From the NCBI GenBank assembly GCA_050250255.1, contig JBFWOZ010000066.1, positions 1 through 12,359 on the forward strand: a stretch of DNA of 12,359 nucleotides, read 5' to 3'. Below the pieces are notes generated by a model. It had not been told where the DNA came from and did no database searches. It saw only the letters and a program-made list of their open reading frames with translations. Below, one piece after another: positions 7,275 to 12,359 of this stretch (the stretch's first letter is position 1; the number at the start of each line of letters is the position of its first letter). The position numbers were made by a program, and so were the translations under genes. The DNA is from Bdellovibrionales bacterium. GTDB lineage: Bacteria; Bdellovibrionota; Bdellovibrionia; Bdellovibrionales; DASUEL01.

Positions 7275-7886
7275 TTACTTGTAGTTCTGCTCAACACCTT
7301 TGTTCAAAATATACTGATACATGTATTGGCTCGCTAAATGGCTGAACATTAACTGAGCATCTTCACATACACCGTAGTTATGAGATTTAAAGTGAATCGC
7401 GTGATGGCTCAACTCTAAAAGTTTTCCACCGGAAAATCCTACAAGACCAATCACTTTGCCGTCATTTTTTCGTGCAAACTCCACAGCTTTTACAACATTT
7501 GGAGAATTCCCAGAAGCCGAAATAGCGATGAGCACGTCACCAGGGCGCCAGAGGTTTTTAAGCTGCTCGGTAAAAACCGTTTCGTAACCGCAGTCGTTCG
7601 CGTAGGCAGTGAGTAAGCTCATGTTATCGGAAAGACCTAGAACTCGCATACGACGTTTGCCTTCAGCGCTACTTCCTTTACTGAAGTCATTTACCATATG
7701 GTTTGCAGTTCCTGCGGAGCCGCCGTTTCCACAAATATAGATCGTATTTTCGGTTTTATAAGCCTGTTCAAGAACCGTCATGATTTCGGTAAACTTAGGG
7801 GTTAAATATTCATTAAAAACAGGAAGAACTTCTTCCATGTATTTAGCCGCAAATGTTTTTGGATCTCTGTATTCAACTTGCTTCAT
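7275..7886 (-). CDS. gmhA: Phosphoheptose (sedoheptulose-7-phosphate) isomerase, SIS domain
   Basis: CGNGGSA, TAYANDxGY, F.EQL, GDVLIAISASGNSPNVVKA, GFSGGKL and ED.....H. Start moved to ATG 7886, 6 nt downstream of AAGGAG (7893-7898); the ORF track start at 7934 overlaps hddA. Confidence 0.9.
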   Translation of the reverse strand: MKQVEYRDPKTFAAKYMEEVLPVFNEYLTPKFTEIMTVLEQAYKTENTIYICGNGGSAGTANHMVNDFSKGSSAEGKRRMRVLGLSDNMSLLTAYANDCGYETVFTEQLKNLWRPGDVLIAISASGNSPNVVKAVEFARKNDGKVIGLVGFSGGKLLELSHHAIHFKSHNYGVCEDAQLMFSHLASQYMYQYILNKGVEQNYK

Positions 7887-7896
7887 CACCATCTCC

Positions 7897-8871
7897 TTAG
7901 CCGACAAATATAATCCGGCTTCCCCATTTTTCAAACCGGGTTGGAATATACCTTAAATGTTTTAATTCTTCTTTTACTTTTTTCTGCTTATCAAGGGGAC
8001 ATAGGAACATCAGGAATCCCCCACCGCCGGCACCCAAAATTTTGCCTCCCCAGGCGCCCGCTTTTAACGCCGCTTGGTAGGATTCATCAATTTGAGTCGT
8101 CGAAATTCCTGAAGCCATTTGTTTTTTAAGCTCCCAACCCTCGTTGAGACGTTCTCCAAAGGCCTTCAAAGGTTCGCCATTTTGCAGGATTTTTGCCATC
8201 GGTTGGACCATGTTTTTCATGGAACGAAGAAAATCCCGCTTCGCATTGGTGTTTTCTTTTTGCTCAGAGAGAATTTTAGACGCCGATCGAGTTTGGCCTG
8301 TGTAGAAAAGCATGGTGGATTGTTCTAGTTCTATCAAAGTTTTCTCCGGGCAAATCACCGGCTCGACCTTTACTTGCCCGCTAGGGAGAAATCTCGTCAC
8401 ATTAAAACCACCATAGGCAGCAGCGTACTGATCTTGCTTCCCGATGGGCTCTTTTAAATCTTCAATCTCAATGCGACTAGCTTCAGCGGCCAAATCTTCC
8501 GCCGATTGAAAAGTTCCTTCATGCGCTTTCATGGCATGAAGTAGTCCTACTGTGAAGCTGCTACTACTACCAAGACCCGTCCCTGAGGGAATATCGGCCA
8601 TAGAGATCAGTTCTAAGCCTTTGCCCTGAGGAGCATACTTTTTTAAAACCGTGCGAAAGATGGGATGTTCAATTTGATCCACGCTCTGACAGATTTCGGT
8701 TTTGCTATAGGAGAGGCGATAGGAGTCGTCAAAACGTGGGTTGACCGTGATGTACATGTATTTGTCCAGCGCCGTGGATAAAACCATCCCCTCTTCTTCT
8801 TGATAAAAAGAAGGCAGGTCGGTTCCTCCGCCCATAAAACTGAGCCTAAATGGCGTCCGGGAAATAATCAC
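7897..8871 (-). CDS. hddA: D-glycero-alpha-D-manno-heptose-7-phosphate kinase (GHMP kinase)
   Basis: SRTPFRLSFMGGGTDLP, DIPSGTGLGSSSS, GKQDQYAAAYGG, LFYTG..RSA, WELKK and GGKILGAGGGGF; lies between gmhA and a nucleotidyltransferase. Confidence 0.9.
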   Translation of the reverse strand: MIISRTPFRLSFMGGGTDLPSFYQEEEGMVLSTALDKYMYITVNPRFDDSYRLSYSKTEICQSVDQIEHPIFRTVLKKYAPQGKGLELISMADIPSGTGLGSSSSFTVGLLHAMKAHEGTFQSAEDLAAEASRIEIEDLKEPIGKQDQYAAAYGGFNVTRFLPSGQVKVEPVICPEKTLIELEQSTMLFYTGQTRSASKILSEQKENTNAKRDFLRSMKNMVQPMAKILQNGEPLKAFGERLNEGWELKKQMASGISTTQIDESYQAALKAGAWGGKILGAGGGGFLMFLCPLDKQKKVKEELKHLRYIPTRFEKWGSRIIFVG

Positions 8872-9562
8872 CTAATCGCTCCTCAAAGAGTTTGAGACGT
8901 TCACTGGTTCCTATATCATAAAAACGTTCATTCACCAAAAAAGCACCGAGTTTTTGCTTGGCGATGAGCCCTTTCCAAAGGGATTCCAAGCTAAAACTCT
9001 CCTCGGGGGTCTCGGTAAAAAGCTCTTTATTTAAAACGTAGACTCCAGAATCAATGTATTCGAAGCCATTTTCAAGACCACCATTCTTTTGGTAATCAAG
9101 AACCAAGTCGTTTTTAATTTTCAAATTGGAAGGAACCGGCGACTTTTTCACGTCAGGAAAGTACGTGAGTGAAGCCTCAAGCCCGCGGTCGAAATAATCT
9201 TCCACCATCTCGGCATATTCCATCTTTAAAAAACTATCACCGTTGAGAAGCACGAAATGATCGTCGAGATGTTTTTTCGCATAAACAATAGCCCCGCCCG
9301 TTCCCATTTGTTTGGGTTCGATGGACACTCGCATATTTAAATCAAGTTCGAGAGAGTTGATGTAATCTTCAATTTGTTCGCCAAGATGGCCTGCCAACAA
9401 CACCACATCTTCAAAGCCCTGCTCTTCGATATCGAGGAGTTGCCAGTAAAGAAAAGGATGTCCTCGCACTTCCACAAGAGGTTTAGGAATTTTTTCGGTG
9501 ATCGGTCGAAGGCGCGTTCCTAAGCCTCCAGCTAAAATGACAACTTGGTCGATTCGACTCAT
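8846..9562 (-). CDS. hddC: Sugar-phosphate nucleotidyltransferase, probable heptose-1-phosphate guanylyltransferase (HddC/WcbM-like)
   Basis: LAGGLGTRLRP, PKPL, EP..MGTGGA, LNGDS, SGVY, FSLE and FYDIGT; 238 aa with no fused domain; adjacent to hddA and gmhA. Confidence 0.8.
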   Translation of the reverse strand: MSRIDQVVILAGGLGTRLRPITEKIPKPLVEVRGHPFLYWQLLDIEEQGFEDVVLLAGHLGEQIEDYINSLELDLNMRVSIEPKQMGTGGAIVYAKKHLDDHFVLLNGDSFLKMEYAEMVEDYFDRGLEASLTYFPDVKKSPVPSNLKIKNDLVLDYQKNGGLENGFEYIDSGVYVLNKELFTETPEESFSLESLWKGLIAKQKLGAFLVNERFYDIGTSERLKLFEERLGDYFPDAI

Positions 9563-10515
9563 TCTTCAAACACTTCTGAGATGATTTCATTAATGGCTTT
9601 TTTAATCGCTTCGTCGCTCGTAAGCTTTGGTTTGTAACCTTGAGATTGAAAACGACTTCCATCAAGCCACGTGAAAGCGACGTCCCCGACCCAGCCACGA
9701 TCACTCTTTTCGAAGAGAACCTCGGCTTGCTCGCCCGTTTTGACGGCGACCTGTCGAGCCACCTCTTCGGCAATAAAACGAACGTTGGTTACGCCCTCGC
9801 TCGCCAAATTAAAAATTTGTAATGGGCCAAGTGTGTTTTCAAATCCAAAAATCATTCCGTCCACGCAATCACTCACATGAAGATACGACTTTTTCTGAGT
9901 CCCATTGCCAAGAACCTGTAAGCTTTTTGGATTCTTTTTTAATTTGTTTGAAAAATCATAAATGGCTCCATGGGTTGCATGAGAGCCCACGATATTCGCG
10001 AAGCGGTAAATCCAGATTTCCATATTACAGTTGTGAGAAAAAGCCGTGCAGAGTGCTTCACAGCCGAGCTTACTCGCTCCGTAAAAAGAAATGGGGATGA
10101 GTGGACCGTAACTTTCAGGGGTCGGCTTCACGGTGGCTTCGCCATAGATTGCTGAAGTCGAAGCAAAAACCATTTTTTTCATTTTATTTACGCGCATCGC
10201 TTCGAGCGTGTTGTAGGTGACGATCGTCCCAAGTTTCAAATCCACATCAGTATTATTTGCTCCTTGAGAAATATCGGAATTGGCCGCCATGTGATAGACA
10301 AGATCATGCCCCGCCATTTCTTTTTTGAGGCGCTCAAGATCCAGGAGATCTGCTTTGACGAATTTAAATTTCTTATTTTTTTTACACTCGCTGAGAAACT
10401 CTTCTTTTCCCAAGTGAAGATTGTCATAGGCCGTCACTTCATACCCTTTACTTAACAGCTTAAGGCAAAGATGACTGGCAATAAATCCCGCACCGCCGGT
10501 GACAAATACTTTCAT
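9559..10515 (-). CDS. NAD-dependent nucleotide-sugar epimerase/dehydratase (extended SDR, GalE-like subgroup)
   Basis: VTGGAGFIAS, HMAAN, FASTSAIYG, YGASK catalytic motif, RFANIVG, LGNGTQKKSYLHVSDCV and GWVGDV. Confidence 0.92.
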   Translation of the reverse strand: MKVFVTGGAGFIASHLCLKLLSKGYEVTAYDNLHLGKEEFLSECKKNKKFKFVKADLLDLERLKKEMAGHDLVYHMAANSDISQGANNTDVDLKLGTIVTYNTLEAMRVNKMKKMVFASTSAIYGEATVKPTPESYGPLIPISFYGASKLGCEALCTAFSHNCNMEIWIYRFANIVGSHATHGAIYDFSNKLKKNPKSLQVLGNGTQKKSYLHVSDCVDGMIFGFENTLGPLQIFNLASEGVTNVRFIAEEVARQVAVKTGEQAEVLFEKSDRGWVGDVAFTWLDGSRFQSQGYKPKLTSDEAIKKAINEIISEVFEE

Positions 10516-10516
10516 T

Positions 10517-11512
10517 TTAAACTTTTCCCATCAGTGAAAACTGCAATCTGTTTTTGAGTGTGGGTTTAAATAAAAAACTCACCGAAGATTTGTTGAAATT
10601 ATACTCAGGAGAATGATCTAGTTCTCCCTCTCTCATAATTTTATCAAATAATTTAAGATAATCATCGGTCATTCGCGAAAGACTAAAGTAACTTTCAATC
10701 GAATGACGACATTTCATAGGATCAATGGATTTTACTTTTTCTGCCGCTTCCAAAAGCTCTGCATAGTTACGGCAAACAACACCCGTTCCATCCCGCACAA
10801 GCTCGGGCATACAACCATTTGGTGTGGTGATCACGGGAGTTCCGCATGCGAGCGCCTCCAGAGGTGCGGCCGCGCATGGTTCGTCCCAGTTGGTTGGATA
10901 AATGAGCGCGCGTGCATTCGCGAGAAGCTGTAGTTTTTGATCTTCGTCCACGAGGCCGTTATAATGAATGTTCCCGCGAGAAATTCCACTGCCACCCATG
11001 ATTTCTAAACGTACGCCCACATCATTGGCCCAAGCGATGGCGGTTTTCACGTTTTTCACCCGCCAAGTTGTACGAGCAAGAAACACGTAGTAATCCTGCT
11101 TTTTCGTCATGACAGGATAATGATTTTGATCAACGCCGTTATAAATAAAGTATTTCGCATTGTGATTGCGAGCATGGCTCTCACTTAAAAAATTCGTGTT
11201 CGCAAAATATTTTTCGTCTTCATGACCATTTCCATGAATCGTTACGACAAAAGGAATTTTGGGTCTTATATGAAGTGGCTGATGCGAATGAAGAAAATCA
11301 ACACCCGAAAGATTCAGAGTTTGGGCATCGCCGGTAAAACCCTGAGGTAAAGCTCGCACTTCGGCCCCCGGAATTTGGCTGCCTTCACGGCAAAACACAA
11401 CAACGCTGTGACCGCGGCGCTGATATTCTTCAGCTAAGGTCACAACAATACGTTCAATGCCACCGTAGCCTTTGGGAGGCAAAAGGGAGTCATGGAGAAG
11501 GGCGATTTTCAT
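10517..11512 (-). CDS. Glycosyltransferase family 4 (GT-B, retaining)
   Basis: PPKGYGGIERIV, GHSVVVF, VVTIHG, IYNGVD and WDEPCAAAPLEALACGTPVI (Ex7E). Confidence 0.9.
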   Translation of the reverse strand: MKIALLHDSLLPPKGYGGIERIVVTLAEEYQRRGHSVVVFCREGSQIPGAEVRALPQGFTGDAQTLNLSGVDFLHSHQPLHIRPKIPFVVTIHGNGHEDEKYFANTNFLSESHARNHNAKYFIYNGVDQNHYPVMTKKQDYYVFLARTTWRVKNVKTAIAWANDVGVRLEIMGGSGISRGNIHYNGLVDEDQKLQLLANARALIYPTNWDEPCAAAPLEALACGTPVITTPNGCMPELVRDGTGVVCRNYAELLEAAEKVKSIDPMKCRHSIESYFSLSRMTDDYLKLFDKIMREGELDHSPEYNFNKSSVSFLFKPTLKNRLQFSLMGKV

Positions 11513-11594
11513 GGCTTTAGGTGTAGCAATTTTGCTTGTAAGAATAAACTCTTAGCTGATGACGAAATGTGTTAACCCCAAGAACTTCCAGAGA

Positions 11595-11957
11595 TTAGCC
11601 AAGTGGGGTTCCCTGATGAAATCTCAGCTTCCAGCCATCTCGTGTTTTAGACCAAATCGAGCAACGATTCGCTCTCTCAAGGTGTTCATATTTTACTTCG
11701 CTGAGATAGGTCACCAAAGCGTTGTTCTCGTCCAATGGGTGCACTTGAAAATTTTGGAGAGGTAATTGGGCGTTTATTTCTTGAGGTGAAACAGCAATTA
11801 TTTCGGCTCTGCTATAAAGGCGGCCAGACCGACCAAATTCAAAGAAATCTGTCGCGAGTACATTCTCGATGTAGTTCGGATCAAATCTCGTTTCCGATCG
11901 CCAAAGGGATTCTTCGAGATTTTTTAATTGATCGATGTCGGATTGGGTGAATTCCAT
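11595..11957 (-). CDS. DUF4440 / NTF2-like fold protein
   Basis: LEESLWRSETRFD...LAxDFFEFGRSGR.Y.R and RCSIW....GWKLRFHQGT, characteristic of this family; 120 aa. Confidence 0.85.
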   Translation of the reverse strand: MEFTQSDIDQLKNLEESLWRSETRFDPNYIENVLATDFFEFGRSGRLYSRAEIIAVSPQEINAQLPLQNFQVHPLDENNALVTYLSEVKYEHLERANRCSIWSKTRDGWKLRFHQGTPLG

Positions 11958-12011
11958 CGAACGTACTTAATCATTTTGAATGATGATGTCCAGCATTCCT
12001 GCCAACGCGGC

Positions 12012-12358
12012 TATAAGATTGATGAAGATTTGCTGCGTAAGCTTGAAAAGCTAAAAGCACTGACTTCTCATAAGAATAAAAATTTCCGGGATGTAATTAC
12101 AAATTTAGTAGAACAAGAGCTGAAACATCAGGAATCGAAAAGGTCTTCTCCAAAACCAACTAATGGCTTTTCGCCGACGCTTGGTCAACGCGTTAAAATC
12201 TCGATACATACCTTCGACTGCTCTGTGCAAATCCACTGCTGTCCGGTTTAATTAGATATTCATAACCATCTGTAATTCGCGCGGGTGGCGGGTTACACGG
12301 GGCAGACGGCCTAGAAGGCGCGACAGTGGCTCACGAAGAAGCAAAAGCACCCCAATAA
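12012..12358 (+). pseudogene. Degraded, frameshifted remnant of an HNH endonuclease gene
   Basis: Collinear fragments in different frames: IDEDLLRKLEKLKALTSHKN..FRDVI..LVE (frame 3), SRYIPS (12199-12216, frame 1), LDIH (12252, frame 3) and AGGGLHGADGLEGATVAH (frame 2). Boundaries approximate. Confidence 0.6.
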
Positions 12359-12359
12359 C

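Noticed and set aside
7338..7364. GmhA EDAQ instead of the common QExH/EDxH
   Set aside because: By alignment with E. coli GmhA, the metal-ligand His is the later one (FSH), which is retained; the change is probably neutral.
11513..11550. Possible leaderless promoter and AGCAATTTTGCT dyad before the GT4 start
   Set aside because: The -10/-35 matches are poor and the dyad is short enough to be chance.
220..11950. Many short alternative ORFs from the track (e.g. 220-426, 638-853, 1164-1639, 2024-2733, 3927-4430, 5213-5686, 7072-7284, 7941-8328, 9483-10455, 10703-10933, 11559-11950)
   Set aside because: They overlap well-supported genes in shadow or antisense frames and show no recognisable motifs.
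12252..12359. Open minus-strand frame at the window edge (VIGVLLLLREPLSRLL...MNI*)
   Set aside because: Only 35 codons with no motif, and it conflicts with the plus-strand HNH remnant; cannot be excluded without flanking sequence.

Overview
Gene-dense bacterial chromosomal window. Gene content and a remnant of a typical HNH family suggest Bdellovibrionota, but this is an inference. Left: a minus-strand, translationally coupled unit of short/branched-chain acyl-CoA dehydrogenase, ornithine cyclodeaminase/mu-crystallin family protein and a GT9 heptosyltransferase-like enzyme. It is divergent from a stand-alone cobalamin-binding mutase subunit that carries a histone-H1-like KKxxx tail. Middle: a perfect 24-bp inverted repeat (terminator/REPIN-like), two divergent lipoprotein hydrolases (MepA-type murein endopeptidase and DNase I-like EEP nuclease) and an orphan secreted protein. 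Right: a tightly coupled minus-strand operon of GT4, NAD-dependent epimerase, hddC, hddA, gmhA and queF (GDP-heptose pathway with no gmhB, plus preQ1 synthase), then a DUF4440 gene and a frameshifted HNH endonuclease remnant. The most notable points are queF at the end of a GDP-heptose/glycosyltransferase operon and a nearby GT9 whose ADP-heptose-binding motif is rewritten. No tRNA, rRNA, CRISPR array or intact transposase was seen.
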